From the NCBI RefSeq assembly GCF_006345805.1, contig NC_043001.1, forward strand, positions 35,278,001 through 35,342,000: a stretch of 64,000 nucleotides of DNA. Direction: 5' to 3'. Numbering within the stretch: position 1 is the first letter of the stretch; each line of letters starts with the position of its first letter. The position numbers and the translations under genes are program-made. Positions 13,127 to 26,852 of this stretch are shown here, piece by piece. This stretch comes from Octopus sinensis. Its lineage: Eukaryota. Below the pieces are notes generated by a model. The model made no database searches. It was not told where the DNA came from and saw only the letters and a list, made by a program, of their open reading frames with translations.

Positions 13127-13452
13127 TTCTCCTCCTTCTTCTTTTTCTCCTTTTTCTTCTTCTCCTCCTTATTTTCTCCTTCTTTCCTCCTTCTTCTTCT
13201 TCTTCTTATTTTTCTTTTCCTCCTTCTTTTCATTTCTTCTTCTGCTCCTTCTTCTTCTTCTTCTCTTCTTTTCTTCTTCTTCTTCTCTTCCTCCTTCTTC
13301 TTCTTCTTTTTCTTCTTTTTCTTCTTCTCCTCCTCCTTCTTGTCTCATTCTTCTTTTCTTCTTCTTCTTATTCTTCTTCTTCTTATTCTTCTCTCTTCTC
13401 TTCTTCTTCTTCTTCTTCTCTTCTCTTCCTCTTTCTTCTTCTTCTTCTTCTT
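12883..13452. repeat. Degenerate (TTC)n polypyrimidine tract
   Basis: Direct reading; ~570 bp nearly pure pyrimidine. Confidence 0.95.
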
Positions 13453-13670
13453 TGATTATACCCTCATCATTTCATGTATTGCAATGTTTTTTTTTTTAGA
13501 TTTGTATCGGATTTCGATCATATACTCAAAATATCGCTTTGTTATGAAACTACCCGCCAAACACCACACACACGATATATATACATATATATGTGTATGT
13601 ATATACATACACACACACATACAGAACATATATACATACATACATACATACATACATTATATATATATAT

Positions 13671-13714
<44 letters not shown>

Positions 13715-14964
13715 GAGTGTATACGTGTGTTCAGTGAACAGTTGAATAGGTATTTTCAATTTTTAAGTTTTCAAGCTCGTTTAAATCTCATTAAAATTTT
13801 CAATTGTATACCACAGAACATTATTAGTCGCTGTTTAATGTCATATCACTGTACATTATCTTCACTAATAACCCGTGTAATAACACCGCTGATGCGAATA
13901 TTGTATTACAAAAAGCAATCGATAGACACGTAGACATAAATTTAAATACTGAGGGAGAGGATAGAGAGTGAAAGAGAAATAGACAGAGAGGGAGAGAGAG
14001 AGAGAGAGTGAGTGTGTATGTGTGTGTGTGCTTGTATATGTGCGTGTGTGTGTGTGCGTCTGTGTGTATGCACATGCATAGTTACATAGATATGATTGAA
14101 ACGGAGAAATTGGAAGACGTAGTTAACTGGGTATGTTTTTGTATTTTGAATTTGTGATACTGTTGTTATGATCAAAAGTTGATATTCAATAGCTAATGGA
14201 GACTTGTTAGAGCAGAAGCTGTTGATACATACGCACACACGCACACACACACACACACACACATACAGGTACACACACACACACATATATATATATATAC
14301 ATAACAACTATATATATAAACATTGATTATATATGTATCATATATTCCTGTTATGTAAGTGTATATATATATATATATATATGCATACATACAAACGTAT
14401 ATGTCCATATATGTGGGTATGTGTATATCTCTCTCTCTCTCTCGATATATATATATATATATATATACACGCACACATACACAAACGTGTGCACACGCTT
14501 ACATATAAATTATTAAAACTGACACAAAAAAGGACTGTGTAGGAAAACATTAAAAGGAAAATAAAACGTGTTAAATCATCCATAAAATCATTGTTATTGA
14601 ACATTAGGAAAATATTGAGAGCAGGCTTGATACGAACAGACATTGTTAACTCTTCATAAAAGCAACAGTATGATATGCTACAAAGATGTCCGATGATAAC
14701 CTTGATCTGTTACCAGGTTTTATATAACCATCTTACCATTAGTGTTTTATTGTAACCCGTTCGGGATTGGTGACCTCTCTGAGAAAAGCGTACGGTCTCC
14801 CTAACACCCACCTCAGAAGTGTTGCAAAATAATCTATCGATTTCTTTGTGTTATGCTTCTAAATATCTAAACACCATGCAGGATCCATTTGTGAGCAAGT
14901 TACCCAATGAATTTGAATCATTCCAAGGTTGAAGGAAGTATGTTGCCAGCACAGCGTACATAAA

Positions 14965-15212
14965 TAATAAATGCGCCCTTTTAAAGTCTAGCCAGGCTCA
15001 TGGGTCCGGTTTCCCGGTTTCAATGGCGTATGTGATTCCCAACTGGACGCCAGTCCATCGCAGCGTTACTCATTTTTGCCAGCTGAGTGGAGTGGAGGAA
15101 CGTGAAATGAAGTGTTTTGCTCAAGAACACAACGCGTCGCCCGCTCCAGGAATCAAAACCACAACCTTACGATCATGATGCTGACACCCTCACCACTAAG
15201 CCACGCACCCCC
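14965..15212 (-). mobile_element. Chimeric SINE, head C with V-like tail, with TSD
   Basis: Head matches 5675-5810; tail matches 12080-12175. TSD GCCAGCACAGCGTA at 14945-14958 and 15216-15229. Confidence 0.85.
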
Positions 15213-15229
15213 ACAGCCAGCACAGCGTA

Positions 15230-15570
15230 TGCAGTAATATTAATTTTAAGACTCTGATGTAATTTGACATGACCGTTACTCACCACTCCAAAAACCATTA
15301 TAGTTGCGGGAAAGTTAGTGTGCATGCATCTGGGACACCAGAAATCTCTTCACGTAATTAACTTTTATTTATCCTGTTATACATTTCGTCTTGGTCAAAA
15401 ACCTATTCTCATCAGAGAAGAGCCAAAGAATGTCGTGTTCTTGAGGATTTTCAACCTTCTTAAATAAACATTTGGCATAGATCAAGCGGTTTTCTTGTGT
15501 CTTTGTAGGCATGAATTGGCCCCTCCCCAGTACAAGCGACGTGTATCGAATGTTTCCGTGCACTACAGTT
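15230..15570 (-). mobile_element. Tc1/mariner-superfamily transposase fragment (maT/DD37D-like)
   Basis: The minus strand gives DILWLFSDE (first catalytic Asp) and, after a frameshift, HTNFPATIMVFGVVSNGHV, resembling the maT-type PAxVMVLGVVS motif. Confidence 0.55.
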
Positions 15571-15821
15571 CGGATAGTTCACTCTGAAACCTAAAGTTCT
15601 TTGGCGACGGCCATCATTGAATTTCTGGAATCGTCAACGATGTTTCAATTCCGTTCAATGAATTCTCGTGTCCGGACGTTTAGCATGTTTTCTTTTCTAT
15701 TCGATACTGTTGGAACATTCTCACCAGAAGTTTCCACTTCCATCCGTGCTTTAAGTGTAAAAGATATTTCAAATTTGAAAAGTTAGCATCTTCTAAAATC
15801 ACTGTGTTCCGCACATTTTTT

Positions 15822-16640
15822 TCTCTCTAATTTCAGCTCAGAGCTGCGGCCATGCTGATGCACCGCCGTTTTGCTACATTGTAATTAGTAAGAGCCTCTT
15901 CTAATATGTGGCACTTGGTGAAGAATGGAGTTTGATATAGCTACTCTCATTTGCACCTCTTGCCGTGAGGTTGGTTCCTCTGGGACTCTCGACAGGAAGA
16001 GATCCACCTTTCATTTAAAAAACCCTACATCTACTTTGTGCAAGCTTTTCAGACTCTTTGGGAGAATATTAAAAAGCTGTGGGCCCTTGAAACCCAGACT
16101 GTTGCAGTAACCGATCCTGAAGCGTGATGGCGTTGCTGGGATCTTTGGCACTATGCAGTGTCGTCCCGTTCTGGCATTGGTGTAGCATTCAATGCCAAAA
16201 TTTGGTACAATTCCTTCCAAGATCTTCCAGATATATATTACTGCATACCTCTCCCGTCTTCTTTCCAGGGAGTAGAGTCTTAGCTGTTTTAACCTTTCCC
16301 AGTAGCCGAGCTGTTGCAAAGAGACGATCTTCTTTGTGAATCTTCTCTGGATTACTTCAAGTTCCGCAGTTAATTTTACACTGGTGGGTGACCATAGCTG
16401 TGAGCAGTAATCCAGGCGGCTGAGGAGGAATGTCCGCCAGAGGAACATCATGGTTTCCTTATCTCTGGTTCTGAATGTTCTTAGGATCCATCCAGCCAGT
16501 CTTCTGCACTTTGTCGCCATCCTGGTAATGTGCACTTGGAAAGAGGTATCATCACTCATGTCGATACCCAGATTCCTCACTGACTTAGGCTCTGGGATTG
16601 AAATTCCCTGTGGACCGGTGTACCCTGTAAGTTTAATATT
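15822..16640 (-). mobile_element. 5'-truncated CR1/L2-group LINE (RT thumb/C-terminus and 3' UTR)
   Basis: ORF 16011-16580: VRNLGIDM...SRLDYCSQLWSP...IQRRFTK...YWERLKQLRLYSLERRRERY. The 3' end carries the stem-loop CAGCT-CTG-AGCTG. Confidence 0.88.
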
Positions 16641-16913
16641 CAGTTTTGTATGAAACTGGCAAAACTTATTGCATATTTTTCAATTTTTTTCTTAGTGTTA
16701 GTTTTACAATGAAGAATATGAAAGAAATAAAAACTTATGAATTGGATTGAACAGAAAAATTTACATATAATTAAGTGTGCTCAAATCCTCATATCCTCCT
16801 CAAACTTTAATTATGTAATTATATAATTACACAGAGTGTGAGGAATACTTGAGGATTTGAATACTTTAGGATTTATGTAATTATAAGTATATACATATGT
16901 GTATAAATATACA

Positions 16914-18109
16914 CAGGGGTTGGACAAAATAATGGAAACACCTAGCATCATAGCATCATAAATATCTATAAAACCGTCAAAAGCTTGTTTGTTTTTATAT
17001 ATTTTGATTTATAATTAGTATTGCATATAATGTTTTGCTAAAATTGCTTGTTTCTTTTCAGATATCATCAGAAAAAGATAATTAAAATTCATTAAAATGA
17101 CAGATCTATCGGTCAGATTGTTGGCGCTCTTATGGCAGCCGCTAGCGTAACGAAAAACAGCCGAAATGTTTGGTGTATCAAGAAGTACTATCTCGAAAGG
17201 AATGACAGCCTTTGAGAAAAAGAGAAATACTTCCTCGTCGAAACAAATCTCTGGAAGAAAACCAAAATTTTCAGATAGGGATCGTCGGACTCTTACGCGA
17301 ATTATTATAAAGGATCACAAAATTACAGTTCCCAAAATTACTGCAGAGATTAATAACCACAAAAACTGTTGGCCGGGAGCCGCACAAAGCCGGATTTCAT
17401 GAGAAAAGCACAACTTTCAAAAACAAAGGTTGCAAAGCGTTTAGAGTGGAGTAAAAACCTACAAAAGTGGTCCCTAGAGCAGTGGAAGCGTGTTATTTTC
17501 ACGGACGGGTCATCCATTACTCTATTTCCGAGACAGCCAAAAGAAGCTTTTGACTCAGACTGCCTCTTCCAACTTTTAAACATGCATGAGGATCTGTGAT
17601 GATCTTGGGGGCTATATCTTGAAAGTCCGCCGGCCCAAAGGTTTCTCTTCGTGGCAGAATTAACAGTCAAGACTATTTAAGCATTTTATCTGGTCATTTT
17701 CATCCTATGTTTGCGGAACTGTTTCCAGAGGGAATCGCAATCTTTCACGATGATAATAAACCAATTCGCACAGCTAAATTTGTTATTGAATGGCACGAGG
17801 AACATTCTAGTGAAGTCGAACATCTTATCTAGCCACCACAGTCCCGAGATCTCAATATTATTGAGCATTTATGGTGCGCTTTAGAAAAACAAGTAAGGAA
17901 TCGATATCCTCCACCATCATCACTACAAGAAATGGAGACTGTTTTAGTTGAAGAATAGACTAAAATTCCTTTGGATGCAATTCAAACTTTGTACGAGTCC
18001 ATACCTCGTAGAATTGAAGCTGAAATTACTGCCAAAGGAAGTCCTATCTCATCTTAAAATAAATTTGTTTGAAATTTTAAGGTGTATACATTATTTTGTC
18101 CAACTCCCG
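16914..18109 (+). mobile_element. Near full-length Tc1 DNA transposon with DD36E spacing (Incomer-like), decayed
   Basis: ~30-bp TIRs CAGGGGTTGGACAAAATAATGGAAACACCT (16914-16943) and 18080-18109, followed by TA. Transposase pieces GRKPKFSDRDRR, VIFTDGS, FHDDN...SRDLNIIEHLW. Confidence 0.9.
17097..18057 (+). pseudogene. Tc1 transposase pseudogene
   Basis: Frameshifted HTH region, then a catalytic core read in frame from 17701 with premature stops; 36 residues counted between the second Asp and the Glu. Confidence 0.85.
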
Positions 18110-18974
18110 TAAGTGAATATATATCAATGTACGTATATATATTCATATGTAGATACCAAGAAGCACACTCACGCGCACACACAGAGACACATACACAAAC
18201 ACAAGCTCACATATGCATGTAACATCACAACATGCACCTGTTTTCATGCCTTCTTGTTTGGTCATGAGCTTATGCTTCAATCAAATGGAAAAAAAATCAT
18301 ACTATTCAATTATTCACTTCCTGCAGCTGAAGCTTCCATTTCGTGACTGAATTATTGCTGACTGGTTCATTTTATTCTAAATAACCATTTACCTGAAATT
18401 ATTACCATAAAAACCGGAAGATTTGAAAAATTTATGTTAGCAGGATATCACGGCAGTTCTTTTAAATAGTATTCTTATCAGATAGACATATATTAAGCTA
18501 GAATTCTATTCAATCCTTCAATTGTACACAGCCTATAATCATTTTGATTTCCTATGTGTGGGGGCGCTGTTGCAATGATACTCTATTACAGCCAAAAACC
18601 AATATTTTTTTATACTGGTACCCAAATGTAATCGACTAGTAAAGTTGTCTTACATAATGTTGTTACTAAAAGTGTGTCGATGCATGATATAACGGCACTT
18701 AAATGTATCTGATTTAGAACTGATGTAATATATGTTGTTATCTAGCGTTATCGTTATCATGTTGCATTCACATATTACATCGCCTACCAGATACCTACCA
18801 TGAAGAAGGCAGCGCGTCGCTATTCTTTAGTTAGATGCGTTAGTTCTTAATTCAGAATTCTGTAGGGTTTGCCTTAGTTAAAATTTTCTTTTCGCTAATT
18901 ATATTCTTTTGTTCCTGTTTTATTCTAAGTATTAGCTTGCACATATTATATATTACTAGCAGATATATATTTTT

Positions 18975-19070
18975 CTATTGTTTTACTTGTTTAAGCCACG
19001 TGACTGTGGCGATGCTGGGGCACCACCTTTCGTCGAACAAATCGACCCCAGGATTCATTCCTTTTGTAAG
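18975..19070 (-). mobile_element. SINE type D 3' fragment (diverged)
   Basis: Aligns to 36700-36800. Confidence 0.6.
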
Positions 19071-19129
19071 ATTGGTACTGTTACGTTCTCACTGTACTGT
19101 TCTTGTTACGACTTTCACCGTTCGCAAAA

Positions 19130-19380
19130 AATTCAAAATTTTATTTAATTTGCTTTGCGGGAATGACTGTTTCAACGAAGTCGCGTCTTGTCCTTGCCTT
19201 CGAGACGTGGAGTAGTTGAAAGGGGCACAACTAAATAAGGGGAATATTCTTTATGTTGTATGTCTCGTTTTTCTGTTTCTTTGTTTCTTTTTCGTTGTTC
19301 GAAAAATTTCGTTTCTTTGTTTTTGCTTTCGTTTCCCATTGTGTTCAACTTTTGTTTTGATGTTCTGTACCCATATATGC
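19130..19380 (+). repeat. Dispersed repeat, homologous to 49080-49335 (-)
   Basis: Shared CAAA.TTT.ATTTAATT.GCTTTGCGGGA, ACAACT....AAGG....TTCTTTATG and GA.GT.CTGT.CCCA..TATGC blocks. Confidence 0.6.
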
Positions 19381-19536
19381 ATGTATATATACATCTATAT
19401 GTAAGTATGTACATATATGTATGTATATATGCATATACTTATATATTATTATTTATATTATCATATGATCGAACGCCACGCATCCTTTTCCAAGTAAGTT
19501 TTATATAATATATATATATATATATATATAATATAT

Positions 19537-19570
<34 letters not shown>

Positions 19571-19769
19571 AATGTATATACATAATATATGTATGTATAC
19601 ATATATATATATTATATATATATATATATATATAATATATATAATATATATATATATATATACATACATATATATATACATATGCACACACATATATATA
19701 TACATATATACATACATGTATACATATATATATCTGAATGTACATATCTTTTATATTTTATTTTTTACT

Positions 19770-19960
19770 TACTTCAGTCATTATGTTGCGGTCATGTTGG
19801 GGCACTCCTTGAATTTTTAGTCGAATGAATCAACTCCACTAGTTATTTCTTCAGCCTGGTACTTATTTTATAGGTTCTTTTGCCGAACCGCTACGTTAGA
19901 GGAATGCAAACACACGACAACGGTTGGTAAGCTGTAGTGGTGGGACAAGCACTGACACAA
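19770..19960 (-). mobile_element. SINE type D 3' half
   Basis: Aligns to 36700-36880 (TTTTGCCGAACCGCTA, AAACAC). Confidence 0.7.
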
Positions 19961-19971
19961 CACACAATCAC

Positions 19972-20037
<66 letters not shown>

Positions 20038-23000
20038 GTATGCATGCATGCACGCATGTATGTATGTACGTACGTATGTTTGTATGTATGTATGGTGAAT
20101 AATTAATAATGATGAAGTATATGTCAATATTTAGGCACCACTATTCTCACATGAGACTAATTGCACAAATTCAGTTTTTCTTAATTTCACGCCAGAGTCC
20201 GTTGAATCCGCTGTTATGATGCTGCGAGGAATTAGCTTATAGCAATCTACATAATCCGACTTAACTCACAGCGGATTTGTTGATGTGCATATTAGTGAGA
20301 TTGACAACCGTTAAAATATTACTTATAGGCCAATAAAGCATGCAATTTAAAATATTTGTAATAGTAAGGTATAGTTGAAGTGTGGTTGGAGTGTGTTTGT
20401 AGTCTTGCTGTGAAATGAGAATTATTCGTGCTGTGCCGGAGTTTAAATAAATCCTCCGAATATTTCCTTATTAAAAATGTATGTGTTTGTACCTTCGGGG
20501 GAATTGAGAATGGCATTTAGCAGAATCGGTGGAGACGAGTATAAAATGCTGAGCTTTCTTCGTTAGATTTCTTTCATAAGACTTCAAATCTCGACGTATT
20601 TATTGTTGCTTTGCACCTGTCGCATGTCGATAACTTAAAATGTGCTCTAACTATTGGAGTTCAATTAATCAAATATGATCTTTTCTAAATTATTTCTCCC
20701 TGTGTTAGAAGCCATTAATTATATAAAACAGCTATCTAATTAACTGTAATTATCTAAATACATAATTAGTGATCTCTAGTATATTTTATTAGTAGTAGAT
20801 ATGTTCTCAATATTCTTTTACAAAATTTCATTCTCATTAATAGTATTTTGCTATTTCGTAGTTTTTGATGGCGTTTTCTTTGTTATTCCATAATTTGTTT
20901 ATGATTTATCAACGCGGCAAGCTGGCACAACCGTTTGTATGACAAGCAAAATACTTAGTGTTATTTCGTTTCAAGTTCAAATTCCACCTAGGTAGACTTC
21001 ACTTTATACCACTTGTGAAGGAGGGTCGTTAGAATACGTACCAATCAAGTACTGACGTCATTTTAATAGACTTCCAACCCTCAAAATCTTGTGCCCGCGT
21101 GTCAAAATTTGGAATCTTTAATTATTATCGTTTATTGATTAAATAATACAAGCACTTTATGTAAATTTACTGTATTATGAAAAAAAAAAAAAAGAAGAAT
21201 TGTGGCGGTGGAGAATATATTTTTGTTGCTGTTATAGTCAGTAGCTGCATTGGCAGCAGAAGCTTTATGGAAAACACAGCAAATCTTACTGTTATGCCAC
21301 TAGAGAAACAGCAGCAACAGTAGGAAAAAGAAAAATACCGATCAGACTGTTACGCAATCCCTCGCACAAAACTGTAAACAATAAAACAGAATGGATGATG
21401 GAATATGCATAAATCCTATTCAAATTTTTAACAGACGCAAGTATGGATGTGTGAGTAGCGGCAACGAAGATCAAAACGAAACAATATACTTTTACATTAG
21501 ATTTCAATTTCGGTACACTTCAGTCACCAAATTACTTTTCTATTATAACCCCACGCCTATCAAAGTTTGGTAGATGTATCTGTAATCTGGTTTAACAGTA
21601 CCTTATTGTTCGGAAGTAAAAGGGGAAGGATTCACTCTGGTGCGAAAGCATTTTGGAATCGGTCTTTGGTCGCAAAATAACGTCGTTCTTTCCTTCCACT
21701 AAACGGAGGCACTTAAAAATAATCGTAGGTTCCCCCTTGCTTGATAATCCCCCCCCCCAAAATATATATATATTAAAAAGTTGTAGAATTATTAAAGACC
21801 AACCCCGATTAAGTGATTAAACAAACTTATGAAATTTAGGTGGTAAAGTATGAATTAAAGTAGGTATGGCTGCTGCTTTGAACCAGTCGCAAATTCCTTG
21901 TTTGCACGTGCAGTAACAATTGAAATGCATTATGAAAACCTTCAGGCGGTCAGCAACAGCATAAATCGTGTGTTTTCTGATGCAGCAAAACATTCAGACT
22001 TGAACGAGTGACAATCCTTGAATTCACATAATGATGAAAATTAATAAATTTCTCTCATTCATCGGCACATTGGCACACACAAACATGCACACACACATAC
22101 ACAAATATACACGCGCGGGCGCATTGTCACGAGAAGAAATGTGATTAGTCGATCTCTGACAATATAATACTCAACGCACATGCGACCAATACTGACGTTC
22201 ATTGATGGACAAACTAAAAGCTTAGCCTGCAATAAAAGATTTATTCTGTCTACTCAAAGTATTTTAACGTTTTGTTAAAACGGTTCTATGATATATATGC
22301 CGGTGATAACAGTGTTTGTAGAAACTGGGTTGTCGAGATGCTCATTAATTTCTGCAGGAACGAATCAGAATAAAGTTCTACATAATGCTCTGTAAATGTT
22401 TGACAGAATTTCTGAGATGCTTTGACCGGCTTTGGGTGAAATTCAAGTAGAGTACGTGTCCTTGTGACGCACGTTTATTTCAAGAACAATTGAGTTTCGA
22501 TTCTATGTGGATCATAAACATTCGAAGTGATCAGTGGCGAGATAATGAAAAGAATACGTGAAACCAATCTTGGTTCCCATTGTCAAAGAATGAATTTCTT
22601 CTTTCTTGTGATTGGACTCATATGCGGATATTGCTTAATTATTCTCCGGAAAAATCTGAACATGTATCAGACGTCTTTAATAACCTCTGTTGGGCTTGAA
22701 ATGTTCTGCCGTGACTTCAGTTTCAGAAAATGTATTTGAAATAGACGGGTCTCGCTTCGATACAGCAGACGAAATTCAAACACAGGTTGTTTTGTGTTAT
22801 GATTACAAACTGAGGTAGATACCTGCGTTTCAAATAATGCCGTTTCGAATGAGAGGGTAACACTTTTTAGCATTCTGATACAAACTCGTATGCCGTGTGC
22901 ATGTGCTTATATGAGTATGTCAGTATGTCTGTCTGCCTGTCTGCATGCATGTATGTATGTATGTATGTATGTATGTATGTTGTATGTATGTATGTATGTA

Positions 23001-24159
23001 TGTATGTATGTATTACGTACGTATGTATGTATGTATGCATATGTGTGTGAGTGTAGAGAGAGGAGGACAGAGAGATAGAGAGAGAGAGAGAGAAGAGGAG
23101 GGGTGAGATTGCATTTGTGAATGATGAGGGAATGTCTATACTGTGAAATAGAGAGAGAAAGAAACAATGAAAAGAGATATACATAGATACATACTTACAT
23201 ACCTACATATATAATGTAATATATATATATATATATATAATATATATATATATATATTATATGTATATATGATGATATATATGTAAGTACATATATATAT
23301 ATAAAATATATATATGTGTGTTGTATAGATACATGTATACATGCATACGTATATATGTATGTATATAAATATATATATAATATAATATATATATATATAT
23401 ATATATATACATAAAATCATATGATTATACGATCCCTATCCTTTCTCTTTCTTTCTTTCCTTCTACTGTAATGTCGGCTTAGTTTCTAAAATTGTGTTTT
23501 AAATGGAAGGATCTTGAACAGATTTTTGGGGTGAAAATACTTCTACACGCAAATCCCGTTCGAAATGAGTAGCTGTTCTTATAATGTAACGTACGTTCAA
23601 AGTGATTCCTAGCTGCAATATCGATTACCTGCACAGGAAATTCCATGGCAACCTCTCCTCCTGTTTGTTGCCGCTGGACTGTTCTCGTTTTTGTCTTCTC
23701 TTGTCTTGGATGAACTTACATTTAAGCTTCATTACTACTGAAGATTCCTTGCAATCATTTTTCAACCATGCTGCAAGAGAAAGCAACAGCAATAGCAGTA
23801 GTAGATTATGGGAGCAGGTGGAAGAGGCAGAGGAGGAGGAGGAGGAGGTGGAGTGGAGAAAGAGATAAAGGAGGGGGAAGGAGGAGAAGGAGGCTTTGAA
23901 GAGAAGGAGGAGGTAGTGATGTGGTTGTTATTGATGGTAGTGGTGCAAGTAGGAGATAGTAAATGAGGTATGGGAAGGATTAGGACGAGTAGACGGAGGG
24001 TGATGATGATGGCATTCATGATGATAATGATGATGATGCTGATGTTGATGATGATGGTGCCGACGACGACGACGATGATGACAACGGCGGCGGTTAAGGC
24101 GACTACGGCGACGATGACGATGATGATGATGATGATTGTGATAGCGACAAGGACGACAG

Positions 24160-24657
24160 TAATGAAGAAGAAAAAAAACAACACCAACAACAAGAACAAG
24201 AAGAAGGGGGAGGAGAAGAAGAAGACGAAGAAGAAGAGAAAGAACAAGAACAAGAAAAAAGAAGACGAAGAAGACGAAGAAGACGAAGAAGACGAAGAAG
24301 AAGAAGAAGAAGAAGAAGGAGGAGGAGGAGGAGGAGAAGAAGAAAAAAGAACAAGAAGAAGAAAAAAGAAGACGAACAAGACGAACAAGAAGAAGAAGTA
24401 GAAGAAGAAGAAGAAGAAGAAGAAGAAGAAGGAGGAGGAGAAGAAGAAGAAGAAAGAAGAAGGAGAAGAAGAAGAGGAAGGGGAAGAAGAAGAAGAAGAA
24501 GAAGAAAGAAGAAGGAGAAGAAGAAGAAGAAAGAAGAAGGGGAAGAAGAAGAAAGAAGAAGGAGAAGAAGAAGAAGGAGGAGGAGAAGAAGAAGAAGAAG
24601 AAGAAGAAGAAGAAGAAGAAGGAGGAGGAGGAGAAGAAGAAGAAGAAAGAAGAAGGA

Positions 24658-24692
<35 letters not shown>

Positions 24693-24730
24693 AGAAGAAG
24701 AAGAAGAAGAAGAAGAAGAAGAAGAAGACG
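24160..24730. repeat. Degenerate (GAA)n polypurine tract preceded by (GAT/GAC)n
   Basis: Direct reading. Confidence 0.95.
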
Positions 24731-25659
24731 ATTTGGCAACGACTGCAATATTTTACTGACGTTCTTCGGAGTAAGAGGAAAAAAGATGGTTTTCTATGGA
24801 GAGACATATTATAAATCAGTTCTTGTTATCTATTTGTGTATGCATAAGTGTGTGCGTACATGCATACTGATACATACCTGCAAATATATATATATGCATA
24901 TATATATATATAATATAATAAATATATATATATATATGTATAATATATATATATATATATAATATAATATATATAATATATATATATGCATATATACATA
25001 TCTGATGTATATATATTATGTACATTTAAACAATATATAAGTGTATATATTCATATATATATATATGTATGTATATTACGCACACACATATATATTCTTC
25101 TCTCTCTCTCCCCCTCTCCCTCTCTCTCTCTCTATATATATATATATAAATAAGTATATAGGTGTGTGTGTGCATCTTTAGGTGAATCAATATATTTATG
25201 CTTGTGCGCGTGTGAGCGTATTTATCAACACACCAGAGAGCGCACACACGGACAGTCGCGCAAATTATCACATATAAAACTATATACACTCGTGCATTAA
25301 CAGATTTCTCCGAAGATTCGATTCTGCTGCTGCTGCTGTTGTTGTTGTTGTTGTTGTTCTGTTTCTTCTTCTTTTCTTCTTCTTCTTCTTCTTCTTCTTC
25401 TTCTTCTTTTTCTACTACTACTACTACTTCTTCGTCCTCTCTTCCTCCTCTCTCTTTTCCACCTGCTCCTTCTTTTCCACCTCCACCACCACCACCTCCT
25501 CCTCCTCCTCTTCCTCCTTCTCTTTCTTCATTTCCTTTTTTTCTCCCTCCCGTTTTCGTCTTTCACGAAATCTTCCTTCTTCTGCAGTTTCGATCATCTA
25601 CCACAGCATCACCAACTCTAGCACATATTACCACAATCCATCTGCCAATAGTCGCAAAC

Positions 25660-25975
25660 CACCATCACCACCACCACTGCAACTACCACCGCCGCCACCA
25701 ACCACCACCACAAGCACCATAACCACCACCACCACCACCACCACCACCACCACCACCACCACCTCAACCACCATCACCACCACCACCACCACCACTACCA
25801 CCACCACCACCACCACTACCATCTCCACCACCTCCACCATCTCCACCACCTCCACCTTCACCACCATAACCACCACTACCATCTCCACCACCACCACCAC
25901 CACCACCACTACCCCCGCCGCCACCACCACCACCGCCACCACCACCGCCACCGCCATCACCGCCATCACCACCTC
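25660..25975. repeat. (CCA)n tract
   Basis: Direct reading. Confidence 0.92.
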
Positions 25976-26619
25976 CGTCTCGCCGCTGCCGCTCGCTTGC
26001 CAACGTCACCGTCACCCACGCCAAACGGTGGCTCCAGTTCATCACTGTCGCCATAGCCACCGCTCCACTGCATCCACTGGTGCCGATGCCACCGAGTTAC
26101 CGTTGCTGCAATGTTGCTTTTGCGTTGCTGCTTTGATGCTGCTACTGCTAATTGACATCAGTTTTGTAGTTGTCTCAGTCGATGATAACTAAATTCTTTT
26201 GGTGACAGTAGCTCACGTCTACATTAATGTTTTCAAACCTGTTTCTAAACGGTTTGGCAGAATTGTTAGAGAGTTGGACAAAATGATTTCCAGTCCTGAG
26301 TTCAAATCACGCAAAGTTCAGATTTGTTTTTTTTTTTTGCGTCCAGAGTTCATAAAATAATCTTCTTATCAATAGTATTGGTTTGGCTGAAATGTTAGAG
26401 CACCAGGCGAAATATTTTACGGTATTTATTCCGCTTCTTTGTATTTGGAGTTATTGAATTGATATAGTTAATCAATCGACGGGTTTAGCACCGAAGGGCT
26501 GCGTTTAACGTTGTTGACTCTCTTACAAATATCCAGACCGCGGCTCTGGCTCGAGTATAACTAGTTCCATTCTTACCACAAACTTGTGGGGAAGCGCTGA
26601 AAAAGTATAAAGAAATATC

Positions 26620-26852
26620 TATTTCTTTACTACCCACAAGGGGCTAAACACAGAGGGGACAAACAAGGACAGATAAACGGATTAAGTCGATTAAATCGAC
26701 CCCAGTGCGTAAGTGGTACTTAATTTATCGACCCCGAAAGGATGAAAGGCAAAGTCGACCTCGGCGGAATTTGAACTCAGAACGTAACAGCAGACTAAAT
26801 ACGGCTACACATTTCGCCCGGCGTGCTAACGTTTCTACCAGCTCGCCGCCTT
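26620..26852 (-). mobile_element. Full-length SINE type A, tail 1, with 19-bp TSD
   Basis: TSD AAAAGTATAAAGAAATATC at 26601-26619 and 26853-26871. Confidence 0.92.
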
